From the NCBI RefSeq assembly GCF_963921235.1, contig NC_086108.1:25978001-26042000 (forward strand): DNA of 64,000 bases, written 5' to 3'. Source of the stretch: Mobula hypostoma. Its lineage: Eukaryota. The notes under the pieces are model-generated. The model was given only the letters and a program-made list of their open reading frames with translations, was not told the origin of the DNA and searched no databases. Shown piece after piece: positions 1-11,493 of the stretch. The position numbers and the translations under genes are program-made. Each line of letters starts with the position of its first letter. The first letter of the stretch is position 1.

Positions 1-1105
1 TTTCCAATGCTTCCACATCCTTCCTATAGTGAGGCGACCAGAACTGGACACAGTACTCCAAGTGTGGCCTAACCAGAGTTTTATAGAGCTGCATCATTAC
101 ATCGCGACTCTTAAACTCTATCCCTCGACTTATGAATGCTAACACCACATAAGCTTTCTTGACTACCCTATCCACCTCTGAGGCAACTTTCAGGGATCAG
201 TGGACATGTACCCCCAGATCTCTCTGCTCCTCCACACTACCAAGTATTCTGCCATTTACTTTGTACTCTGCCTTGGAGTTTGTCCTTCCAAAGTGTACCA
301 CCTCACACTTCTCCGGGTTGAACTCCGTCTGCCACTTCTCAGCCCACTTCTGCAACCTGTCAATGTCTCTCTGCAATCTTTGACAATCCTCTACACTACC
401 TACAACACCATCAACCGCTGTGTCATCTGCAAACTTGCCAACCCACCCTTCTACCCCCGCATCCAGGTCGTTAATAAAAATCAGGAAAAGTAGAGGTCCC
501 AGAACAGATCCTTGCGGGACACCACTAGTCACAATCCTCCAATCTGAATGTACTCCCTCCACCACGACCCTCTGTCTTCTGCTGGCAAGCCAATTCTGAA
601 TCCACCTGGCCAAACTTCCCTGGATCCCATGCCTTCTGATTTTCTGAATAAGCCTACCGTGTGGAACCTTGTCAAATGCCTTACTAAAATCCATATAGAT
701 CACATCCACTGCACTACACTCATCTATATGCCTGGTCACCTCCTTAAAGAACTCTATCAGGCTTGTTAGACACGATCTGCCCATCACAAAGCCATGCTGA
801 CTGTCCCTGATCAGGCCATGATTCTCTAAATGTCCAGAGATGCTATCTCTAAGAATCTTTTCCAACAGCTTTCCCACCACTGACGTAAGGCTCACTGGTC
901 TATAATTACCCGGACTATCCCTATTACCTTTTTTGAACAAGGGGACAACATTTGCCTCCCTCCAATCCTCTGGTACCATTCCCGTGAACAATGAGGACAT
1001 AAAGATCCTAGCCAGAGGCTCAGCAATATCTTCCCTCGCCTCGTGGAGCAGCCTGGGGAGTATTCTGTCATGCCCCGGAGACTTATCCGTCCTAATGTAC
1101 TTTAA
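1..1105 (-). mobile_element. CR1 LINE fragment (ORF2 reverse transcriptase region), runs off the window start
   Basis: ORF 197..1159 contains KSPG.D, NYRPVSLTSVVGK, QHGF..GRSCLT, DFSKAFDKVPH, GVPQGSVLGP and KFADD. Confidence 0.95.
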
Positions 1106-1119
1106 CAAAGTCCATTTAG

Positions 1120-1830
1120 GAATCGGATGGCGGAGGAGAAGAAGCTGTTCCTGACTCACTGAGTGTGTGCCTTCAGGCTTCTGTACCTCCTACCTAATGG
1201 TAACAGTGAGAAAAGGGCATTCCCTGGGTAATGGAGGTCCTTAATAATGGGAGGATTTACAACCTTCTGCAGCTTCTTTCGGTCCTGTGCGGTAGCCCCT
1301 CCATACCAGACAGTGATGCAGCCTGTCAGAATGCTCTCCATGGTACAACTATAGAAGTTGTTGAGTGTATTTGTTGACATGCCAAATCTCTTCAAACTCC
1401 TAATAAAGCATAGCCGCTGTCTTGCCTTCTTTATAACTACATTTATAGTTGTGCGCTTTCAGGCTTCTGTACCTCCATCCTGATGGCAACAATAAGAAGA
1501 TGGCAGGTCCTTGATGATGGGGGTCCTTAATAATGGATGCTGCCTTTCTGAGGCACTGCTCCATGGAGATGTTTTGGATACTACAGAGGCTAGTGCCCAA
1601 GATGGAGCTGACTAATTTTACAACTTTCTGCAACTTATTTCGATCCTGTGCAGTAGCTGCCCCCACCCCCATACCAGATGGTGATGCAGCCAGTCAGATT
1701 GCTCTCAACAGTGCATTTGTGAAAGCTTTAGAATGTTTTAAGTGACAAACCAAATCTCCACAAACTCCTAAAGGAACATATCTGTGGTCTTGTCTTCCTT
1801 CATAGCTGCATCAATATGTTGTGAACTATG
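1120..1830 (-). mobile_element. Two tandem Rex1/Babar-like LINE 3' fragments
   Basis: ORFs 1156..1395 and 1400..1672 contain ESILTGCITVWYG, DRKKLQKVV and LPSG.RYRSLK, typical C-terminal motifs of this clade. Confidence 0.8.
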
Positions 1831-2313
1831 CAATGTGAATTTATCACAAGACCACAGGTATCAAAATGAAAACAAATGCACTGAAACATTTGTTAGGCCT
1901 TTCACTTCAGTTATGTAAACTGCGGTCCTCGAGAATCAGAGTTACAACACAAGAGCAAGTTCGTGCCCACAGCACTCAGCAATCTGAGTTTGAGCTGTCT
2001 GTGAATGTATTACTGTCACAATGAATCAGACAGCTTCTAAAGAGACCAATTTTCAGATTGTCTGATTTAAGAGCACTTTAGAGATTCTTGCAACATTAAC
2101 TCTGTGCAATTTACAATGAATTGATCATAACCCATCTTCAGCTTCCCTATACTTCATCACACTGTTGAGATAGAACCCATCCAATGTCCCAGTGGAGAAG
2201 CTAGATCTCACTTGACTGTTGAATACAGCAAAAATGTGAGTATTATAGTGTGGACAAAGCAGATGATTATGATTAAAATGAAATCTATATTATCAACAAA
2301 GTGAATCACTCAC

Positions 2314-2363
2314 CTTTACAGACATTAGAATACCTGTGATTGACAATATCTTGAAAACAATTT
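2314..2363 (-). CDS. Candidate coding exon C of a small transmembrane adaptor-like gene (NCFQDIVNHRYSNVCK)
   Basis: Minus strand: pyrimidine-rich acceptor ctttccattgtacttctcacag, 50 nt, donor AAG|GTGAGT; phase 2 start matches exon B. Confidence 0.55.
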
Positions 2364-3129
2364 CTGTGAGAAGTACAATGGAAAGATCAAAACAAGGTGG
2401 CCATGAAAGGCACTAAGAAATTGACAGGGCTGCAGGATATCATTTGTGCAGGTATTCCCAGTGAAGCAGAATAATGACAGCATCTGCTTCTCTTCTGGTT
2501 CCCATGGAATCCAGTAAGTGATATGTGCATTATCATGTTATTTGTGGCCTATTGTCATTGTATGGTCATTTACTTCCATACATGTGCAGTGGGATGCAAA
2601 GATATTTTGCAGGGCCTCGACACTTCCTATAATTGGTTATATCATGCACACTGAAAGTCCTTGTTCTGCTGATTGTTTGTAATGCAAACACAGGAAAAAT
2701 AATACCACACTTCAGTAACTCATCATGTCAATATACTTAATGAACCTATGAGTCTATTTTCACATATCAATTCAGAACTTCTTCACTTGCTAATGCTGGA
2801 AGCCACATGAAAGTGTTGGGTGAACCTCCCAAATCAGTCTAGTTAAGGAAAAGACATATATGCAATGCCAGTGGGGAATTGTGATGTTGACATGTCAGAT
2901 GCACAGCTCCTCCCTTTAAATATTATTATCTGGATCTGGAGTCACTGGAAGGACCATCATATGTTACCAGTTGTTCTTAAGAAAGCAATGATGAACCACT
3001 TTTTCGCACTTCCCAGGAGTTCCATTGAAGGTGAAGATCAACAATTTGGAAGAAATAAATATAGTATGTGACTTCAAGGGGAATCTTTAGGTGGCAGTAC
3101 TCCTATGACCTTGTCCTTCTTTGTGATAG

Positions 3130-4316
3130 TGTCATGGTCCGGTCCGTGAAGTCCACATTCTGGTTCACGTCCGGTCCATTGACCCTTGCTGCAGGTTTTC
3201 CTGTCAGCCCTGTTTCTGTTCCTGTTGAGCACTAATTGAGGCAGCTGATTCTCGTTGGGGCTGGCTGCATAAATACCTCCAGAGACCAGGGCCTGGCTTC
3301 TGGACTGTTCTTGTCCTTACTCCTTACATACCTCTCCCTGCCTTCTGAACTCCTGCCTTGTCTTGTCGATAACTCTCGCCTCGCCTGAAGTTCTTGTCTC
3401 GCCTTGTATTTTCTGAAGCCTTGCCTTGTCTTGTCGGTAACTCGTACCTCACCTGAAGTTCTTGTCTCACCTTGCATTGCCTGAAGCCTTGCCTTGTTTT
3501 GCTGGTAACTCTCGCCTCGTCTTGCCTGCAGTCTTGTCCTGGAGCCACCCTGTACCTAGCTCCCTTCCTGTCCCTTGCCTCTGCCGGGTAAGTCAGGCCG
3601 TCTTGCCGTTACCCCGCAGTTGGCCCTGTCCTTTCCTGTCCCTTGCCTCCGTCGGGTAAGCCAGGCCGTCTTGCCGCTACCTGCGGTTGGTTCTGTCCCT
3701 TCCCTCCGCCGGGTAAGCCAGGCCGTCTTGCCGTTACCTACAATTGGTTCTGTCCCTTCCTGTCCCTTGGCTCCATCGCGTAAACTAGGCTGTATTGCCA
3801 TTACCCTGCGGTTGGTTCTGTCCCTTCCTGTCCCTTGCTTCTGTCAGTTGGAGTACCGCACTCTGCCCAGGTGATCCGCGCCCTGCCCAGGAGTACTGCG
3901 CCGTGGCCAGGAGGAGCTTCAGGACCCCAAGCCTCGAGCCTCGCCCCAAGCCAACCTTCAAGACCCCAAGCCTCAAGCCTCGCCTCACGTCTCTAGTCTC
4001 AAGCCTCGCCTCAAGTCTCTGGTCTCAAGCCTCGCCTCAAGTCTGAAGGCTCCAGACTCATCCTGCCTGCTAGCCAAGTCACGTCCTTGCCTAGTTCTAG
4101 GGTCCAAGCCAGAGGCAAGACCCAGGTTCTGGGTCCTTGTCTAGTCTATGGCTCGGAGTCCAAGCCCGGGCTCCTAGCTCTCTTGTCTAGTCCTGTTCCG
4201 GGTTCCCAGTTTTCGTGTCCATGTCCTAGCCCTCACCCTGTATCCTAGTCCTCTCCCTAGTACTTCAGTGTTTGTCTCTTGCACTTGGGTCCATTCCCAG
4301 CCACCACCTTATGACA
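3130..4316 (+). mobile_element. Solo LTR (probably Gypsy) with internal tandem sub-repeats
   Basis: Termini TGTCAT...ATGACA, flanks GATAG/GATCG (5-bp TSD with one mismatch), TATA-like gcataaata near 3267, GC-rich internal repeats of about 50-60 bp. Confidence 0.8.
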
Positions 4317-4374
4317 GATCGAAGTTACAGGTTTGTGATAGGTACCACTGGAGCAGACTAGGTGAGTCACTGTT

Positions 4375-6880
4375 GTTAAAAAGGGTAGCAAGAACATGTC
4401 AAAGAATTACAGGCTGATCATCTGACATAATAGTGGGAAAGTTAATGAGAGAATTCTGAGGAGCAGGATCTACCAGCATTTAGATAGATAGAGTCTTATT
4501 AGGAGAACTCGCCATGGCTTTGTGCATGAGAAATTGTGCTTGACAAACCTTTTGAAGAGGTACAGTTGAAGTCAGAAGTTTACATACATCTTAGCCAAAT
4601 ACATTTAAACTCAGTTCTTCACAATTCCTGACATTTAATCCTAGAAAACATTCCTTGTCTTAGGTCAGCTAGGATCACTAGTTTATTTTAAGAAAGTGAA
4701 ATGTCAGAATAATAGTAGACAGAATGACTTATTTCAGCTTTTATTTCTTTCATCACTTTTCCAATGTGTCAGAAGTTTACATACACTTTGTTAGTATTTG
4801 GTAGCATTGCCTTTAAATTGTTTAATTTGGGTCAAACATTTTGCGTAGCCTTCCACAAGCTTCTCACAATAAGTTGCTGGAATTTTGTTCCATTCCTCCA
4901 GACAGAACTGATGTAACTGAGTCAGGTTTGTAGGCCTCCTTGCTCGCACACGCTTTTTCAGTTCTACCCACAAATTTTCTATCGGATTGAGGTCAGGGCT
5001 TTGTGATGGCCACTCCAATACCTTGACTTTGTTGTCCTTAAGCAATTTTGCTACAACTTTGGAGGTATGCTTAGGGTCATAGTCCATTTGGAAGACCCAT
5101 TTGTGACCGAGCTTTAAGTTCCTGGCTGATGTCTTAAGATGTTGCTCAATATATCCACATAATTTTCTTTCCTTATGATGCCATCTATTTTGTGAACTGC
5201 ACCAGTCCCTCCTGCAGCAAAGCACCCCCACAACATGATGCTGCCACCCGCATGCTTCACGGTTGGGATGGTGTTCTTCGGCTTGTGAGCCTCACTTTTT
5301 CCTCCAAACATAATGATGGTCATTATGGCCAAACAGTTCAATTTTTGTTTCAGCAGACCAGAGAATATTTCTCCAAAATGTAAGATCTTTGTCCCCATGT
5401 GCACTTGCAAACTGTAGTCTGGCTTTTTTATGGTGGATTTGGAGCAGTGGCTTCTTCCTTGCTGAGCAGCCTTTCAGATTATGTCGATATAGGACTCACT
5501 TTACTGTGGATATAGATACTTCTCTACCTGTTTCCTCCAGGATCTTCACAAGGTCCTTTGGCTGTTGTTCTGGGATTGATTTGCACTTTTCACGCCAAAG
5601 TACGATCCTCTCTAGGAGACAGAAAGCGGTATGGCAGCTGTGTGGTTCCATGGTGTTTATACTTGCGTACTATTATTTGTACAGGTGAACGTGATACCTT
5701 CAGAAATTTGGAAGTTGCTCCCAAGGATGAACCTTGGGAAAACGCATGTGCGAGCAAGGAGGCCTACAAACCTGACTCAGTTACATCAGTTCTTTCTGGA
5801 GGAATGGACTAAAATTCCAGCAACTTTTTGTGAGAAGCTTGTGGAAGGCTACCCAAAATGTTTGACCGAAGTTAAACAATTTAAAGGCAATGGTACCAAA
5901 TACTAACAAATTGTATGTAAACTCCTGACCCACTGGGAAAGTGATGAAAGAAATAAAAGCTGAAATAAGTCATTCTCTCTGCTATTATTCTGACATTTCA
6001 CATTCTTAAAATAAAGTAGTGATCCTAACTGACCTAAGACAAGGAATGTTTTCTCGGATTAAATATCAGGAATTGCGAAAAACTGAGTTTAAATGTACTT
6101 GGCTAAGGTGTATGTAAACTTCTGACTTCAACTGTATATGATGGGAAGCTAGTGTCTCTTTTCACTTTATCAAGTTCTTTGACAAGGTTATATACATAGC
6201 AGGCTGGCCTTGAAGGTTAGGTCCATTGGAGTCTAGGGAAAGCTAGCTAGTGGATTCAGAATTAGCTTAGAGATGGGAAGCAGATGGGGATGATTGAAGG
6301 TTACTTTCTGGAATGGCAGTGACCAGTGGATGGAGTTAGGACCCTTGTTATTCATTATTTATAGGAATAATTTGGATCCAATTGCATAAGTCTTGATCAG
6401 TACATTCGTGGTTGACATATATTAGGAGGAGCTGTTGATAGTGAAGTAGGTTATTGAAGATTAAAAGGGGACCTTGATCAGTTAGGGAGGTGGGCTGAGG
6501 AGTAGAAAATAGATTTCAATGCAGTTAAGTATGAGGTGATACATTTTGGAGAGTCAAACTAATGTCGGGCATGCTATGAATGGTAGGACTTGGAATACAT
6601 GCATAGTTAATTGAAAGTAGCATCATATGTAGACAGGGTGATGAAAAAAGTGTTTAGTGCAGTCAGGGCATTAAGTAAAGGAGTTAAGACATTATGTTGC
6701 CGATGTATAAATTGTTTGTCACAATGTTATAAGAAATATGTGGTTAAAATGGAAAGAGTGCAAAAAAAGGCTTATGAAGATGTTACTAAGACTAGATTTC
6801 CTGAGTTATAGGGAGAGGTAAGCCAGAGTAGATGTTTATTCCTTGCAATGATGGAGAATGAGTGACCTTACAGAAATGTA
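4375..6880 (+). mobile_element. Old degraded CR1 ORF2 fragment interrupted by the Tc1 element
   Basis: CR1 RT-like sequence (gaattacaggc, catggctttgtg, tttgacaaggt) is continuous on both sides of 4563-6134. Confidence 0.75.
4563..6134 (-). mobile_element. Sleeping Beauty-like Tc1 (IR/DR) transposon, rearranged to carry two right-hand ends; transposase is a frameshifted pseudogene
   Basis: TA|CAGTTGAAGTCAGAAGTTTACATAC...GTATGTAAACTTCTGACTTCAACTG|TA; ORF pieces WVFQMDYDPKHTS, WPSQSPDLNPIENLW, QFKGNATKY and GGSIMLWGCF. Confidence 0.95.
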
Positions 6881-6904
6881 TGCTTTGACATATTACTATG
6901 GATG

Positions 6905-7552
6905 AGTGGTGGAGAGTATATTGACTAGCTACATCGTAGCCTTGTATGGAAACACCAATGCCCTTGAAAGGAAAATCCTACAAAATGTATTGAATATGGC
7001 CCACTCCTTCACAGGTAAAGCTGGATACCACTGGATATAGTGACATGGAGCAGTGTCGCAGGAAAGCAGCATCCATTATCAGGGAGCCCCACCACATGCT
7101 CAGTTCTTGCTGTTGTTATGAGAAAGAAGGTACAGGAGCTCAGGGCTCACACCATCAGGTTCAGGAACAGTTATTATCCCTCAACCATTAGGCTCTTAAA
7201 CCAAAGGGGATAACTTACTCAACTTCACTTGCCCCATCACTGAACTGTTCCCACAACCTATGGACTTACTTACAAGGACTCTTCATCTTGTTCTCAATAT
7301 ATGTTGCTTATTTATTTATTTATCCCCCCCTGCCCCCGGCCCATATTTATTTATTTATTTATTTGTTGATTGATTGTATTTGTATAGTTTGTTGTCTTTT
7401 GTACACTGGTTATCCACCCTGTTGGCATGGTCTTTCATTGATTGTATTATCGTTATTGGTTTTATTGAATATGCACGCAAGAAAATGAGTCTCAGGCTTG
7501 TATATGGTGACATGTATGTACTTTGATAATAAATTTACTTTTAACTTTGAAC
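6905..7552 (+). mobile_element. Rex1/Babar-like LINE 3' end
   Basis: gcagcatccattatcaggga...agaaggtacaggag...ttcaggaacagttattatccc, ending in aataaatttacttt tail. Confidence 0.7.
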
Positions 7553-8099
7553 TGAGCTTTAAAAAATGGTAACAGTCTTCCCCGGGATAGGGAAGACCCA
7601 AACTAGGGGCATAGATTTGGGACGAGAGGAGAAAGATTTAAGAGAGACCTGAGAGACAAATTTTTCTTCCAGATGGTGGTGAGAGAGGAAGTGGCTGAGT
7701 CAAGTAAAATGGTATTATATAACAATCACTTGGATAGGTGTATGAAACGGCGGGGCATAAAGATATTTGTCCCGATCACAAAAAAAGACTAGACTAGTGG
7801 GGTAGGCACCATGGTTGGACTCGCTGAGCCAAAAGGCCTATAGGCCCATACAGTATTACTCTCAGGATCTGTGACTCTTTGACTATGCACACAGCACTAG
7901 AGGTCAGGGTGACCCTGCAGTTCTGAGGCAATAGCAATACTATGTTTTTCCTATTTGTAAATTTTATTGACTTCTCAATTAAATAGTTTATTCCTCAATC
8001 TTACCTCATGCGTCTTTTCACAGCAAGAGAAAATCTGCAGATGCTGGAAATCTGAGCAACACACACAAAATGCTTTGTTGTGTGTGTTGCTCATCTTCT

Positions 8100-8730
8100 T
8101 TTTTTCTTGCTACTATATACATCTATACTCAAGTCATTCTACAGGTGTGCAGTAAACAGCATCCTGACAAACTGCATCTCTGCATGGTATACAAGTGTAT
8201 TGTGGTGGACAGGAAAGATCTACGACAGGTAGTCAAAACTGCCAATGCATCCCCTTCACCAGCCTACCCTCCATCAGCGACAGATATACAGAAGGTGCCT
8301 GAAAAGGACCCGTAACATCATGCTGGGCATAGACTGTTTGTTCCATTTTCATCAAGAATTAGGCTACATGACATCCACACCTGAACCAGCAGACTCAAAA
8401 ACTGTTTCTTTCTCCAAGCAGTAATGCTGATCAACACCGCCACGCACTAACCCGCCTCACAAACCACATGCCCAACCACCATTATTTATCAGTTATTTTC
8501 CATAGGTTATGTACAGGCATTCCAGTGCCTAGTGTCACTTTATGGACATACAATCAATCTATGAATACAAGCTATCTGATGTATTTATATTTATTGTGCT
8601 TTTATTATTATTTTGTTCTTTACCTTACTGTGTGTTTTTTGCGCTGCATCAGATCTGGAGTAATCATTATTTCATTTTCCTTTACACTTGTGTATTGGAA
8701 ATGACATTAAATCATTTTGAAACTTGAATT
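8100..8730 (+). mobile_element. Rex1/Babar-like LINE 3' end
   Basis: agcatcctgacaaactgcatctctgcatggta...gactcaaaaactgtttctttctccaagcagt and tail gaaatgacattaaa. Confidence 0.65.
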
Positions 8731-10539
8731 TGTTCGAGTTCATGCACACAGGCAGCAAAATGGCATTTAAAACTTTTCAAATTCTTTGTGCGATAGGAGA
8801 TCATTATGCCCAAACAATCCAATTTTTAAGGGAAAAATAAGAAAAGAAAAATAACTGCAGATTTAATCATTCAGGAGGAAGACACCAGGAATCACAAAGT
8901 GTCTCCACGGATGCTGAGTTCTTCGAGCACTCCTTATTTTATTTTATTTCAGATTCTAGCATCTGATGTTAAAAAAAGATCGTGACCTTTTGCATTTAAT
9001 TTTAAATCTGCTTTTCAGTCAGTCAGTATGTCATAACCATATTCAACTCTTTCCCTTTGCTGAGATATTGTATATTCAGTATGCTTCAATTTAATTATTC
9101 TGTTCATACCAAAGATTGTTCCTTTTTATTTAACCAACAAGGAACACTTTGTCATACCTTTTCTCTTCCCATTGTGTATATTTTAACTTGTGCTTCCCTA
9201 TTAACTCTATTTCTAATTTCTATAGAAGAGCTTGTGATTTGATAACACCTCAGTGGAACAAGGCCAGCTTCCAACAGAGCTTGATTCATCCCTGACACAG
9301 AAATTAAAAGCAAATGCCTTCCTCTTGAACTTTATCCACCGTATCTTGATTTCTAAAGAGCTCTCTGTCAGTCTCAAACCCTGGTTCTTGCTTTAGTTCT
9401 GAATTTCATGCAGAGACTGACTGAAAGCCCATATTAAGCTGCTGTTCTATTTGATGGGATATATATTGAACATATTACCAGTAAAAACATCGCATAAATG
9501 CAACATAACTAGAAGTGCTATCAGACATATGGCACATATCAACTATGTTATTTTGCAGTGTTTCAGGATACATAAATGAAATTCGCAAATCACACATGGG
9601 GCATTCTGTATGCTCTAATAAAATATTCATATGTGGTTTGTGCTGACTGAGATCTGTTGGTGGCAAAGCCTGAAGCAAATTTTCCTTCCATCCAAAAATT
9701 GAAAAGTAAAGCTTGCATTTATACAGCATTTCTCTGCCCTCAGGTCATCTCCTTCAACCAATGAAAAACTTGTTTGCTTACAGTGCAGATGAAGAGTTCA
9801 GCCTTTCATGACCGCACCAACTCTATTAAGCAGTTATCAAGCTAGTCCCACTTCCTCGCAATCTCTCAGTAAGTTCTCTCTTTTCATAGATTTACACTGC
9901 ACAGTTTTAAGTACTACAATTGAATCTGTCTCCACTGACACCCCAGCAGTGCATTCTAGACCCTAACCTCTCATTACTTTAAAATATTTTTGCCAATCAC
10001 CCAGTTCATGACACATCCAACAAGAGGAAAAGTTTTTTTTCTTATCTTCTCTGCCTACATCTCCTTCATGATTATAATTATTTCCAGTGGATCCCTGTGC
10101 ATTTTCCTTTCTTCCAAGAAGGACAAGCCAGGCATCTTCAATCTATCCACATAGCCAAAGTTCTTATTTCATGAATCGTTCTGGTAAACCTATTTTGCAT
10201 TATCGCTAAAACTCTAAGTATGATTCCTAGAACTTGGCACAATGCTCCAACTGTGGACAAATAAGTTATATAAAGCAATCAAAAATATATTGAAGGGACT
10301 CAGCAGGTTGAGTAAGACCTGTGGTGGGAAAGGAATTGCAGATGTTTCAGTTCGGAACCCTGCAACCCTGCAAAAGTCCTAATGGTTCAACATCATTATG
10401 ATAATATAATTACTTATAATCAATACCCATTCACTTGTTGGTTACAGATACCCAAACAAATGGGTTTATTGATTGTTGCTTTATTCTGATACCATATGTG
10501 CTATCTGTACCTGTCATCTCCTCCTGAAATTCAGTGAGT

Positions 10540-11493
10540 GTGAGGGCAGTTTGCTGTTCTCGGTGTCGGATGTGGGAGGCCCTGGAGTCTCCAAGCCTCC
10601 CGGACGTCTACATCTGCGCCAAGTGTATCGAGATGCAGCTCCTAAGGGACCGCGTTACGGAACTGTAGCTGCAGCTCGATGACCTTCGTCTGGTCAGGGA
10701 GAGTGAGGAGGTGATAGAGAGGAGTGGAAGGCAGGTGGTCACGCCAGGGCCACGGGAGGCAGACAAGTGGGTCACGGTTAGGAGGGGGAAGGGGAAAAGT
10801 CAGGTAATAGGGAGTACCCCGGTGGCTGTGCCGCTTAACAACAGGTACTCCTGTTTGAGTACTGTTGGGGGGGACAGCTTACCCAGGGGAAGCGACAGTG
10901 GCCGTGCCTCCGGCACAGAGTCTGGCCCTGTAGCTCAGAAGGGTAGGGCAAGGAAGAGGAGGGCAGTTGTGATAGGGGACTCGATAGTAAGGGGGTCAGA
11001 TAGGCGATTCTGTGGACGCAGTCCAGAGACCCGGATGGTAGTTTGCCTCCCTGGTGCCAGGGTCCGGGATATTTCTGATCGTGTCCAAGATATCCTGAAG
11101 TGGGAGGGTGAGGAGCCAGAGGTCGTGGTACATATAGGTACCAATGACGTAGGTAGGAAAAGGGATGAGGTCCTGAAAGGAGAATATAGGGAGCTAGGAA
11201 GGGAGTTGAGAAAAAGGACCGCAAAGGTAGTAATCTCGGGTTTACTGCCTGTGCCACGCGACAGTGAGAGTAGGAATGCGATGAGGTGGAGGATAAATGC
11301 GTGGCTGAGGGATTGGAGCAGGGGGCAGGGATTCAAGTTTTTCAATCATTGGGACCTCTTTTGGAGCAGGCGTGACCTGTACAAAAAGGACGGGTTGGGG
11401 GTGGGAATCAAATTAAAGAGGCTAGCCGTGAGGAGGTTAGTTCACAGCAGGGGGATGGGAACCAGTGCAGAGAGACAGAGGGGTGTAAAGTGA
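10540..11493 (+). pseudogene. CR1 ORF1 (CxxC zinc finger plus SGNH/GDSL esterase), with one stop and an apparent deletion near 11397
   Basis: CCSRCRMWE...ICAKC upstream of an in-frame TAG; ORF 10711..11493 has IGDSIVRG, CLPGA and HIGTND, then KKDGL lacking the expected following His. Confidence 0.88.

Noticed and set aside
2452..2514. Plus-strand mini-exon (tgcag|...|gtaagt)
   Set aside because: Weak pyrimidine tract, unrecognisable peptide and no partner exons found
3232..4046. Cluster of short ORFs on both strands
   Set aside because: By-products of GC-rich tandem repeats inside a solo LTR
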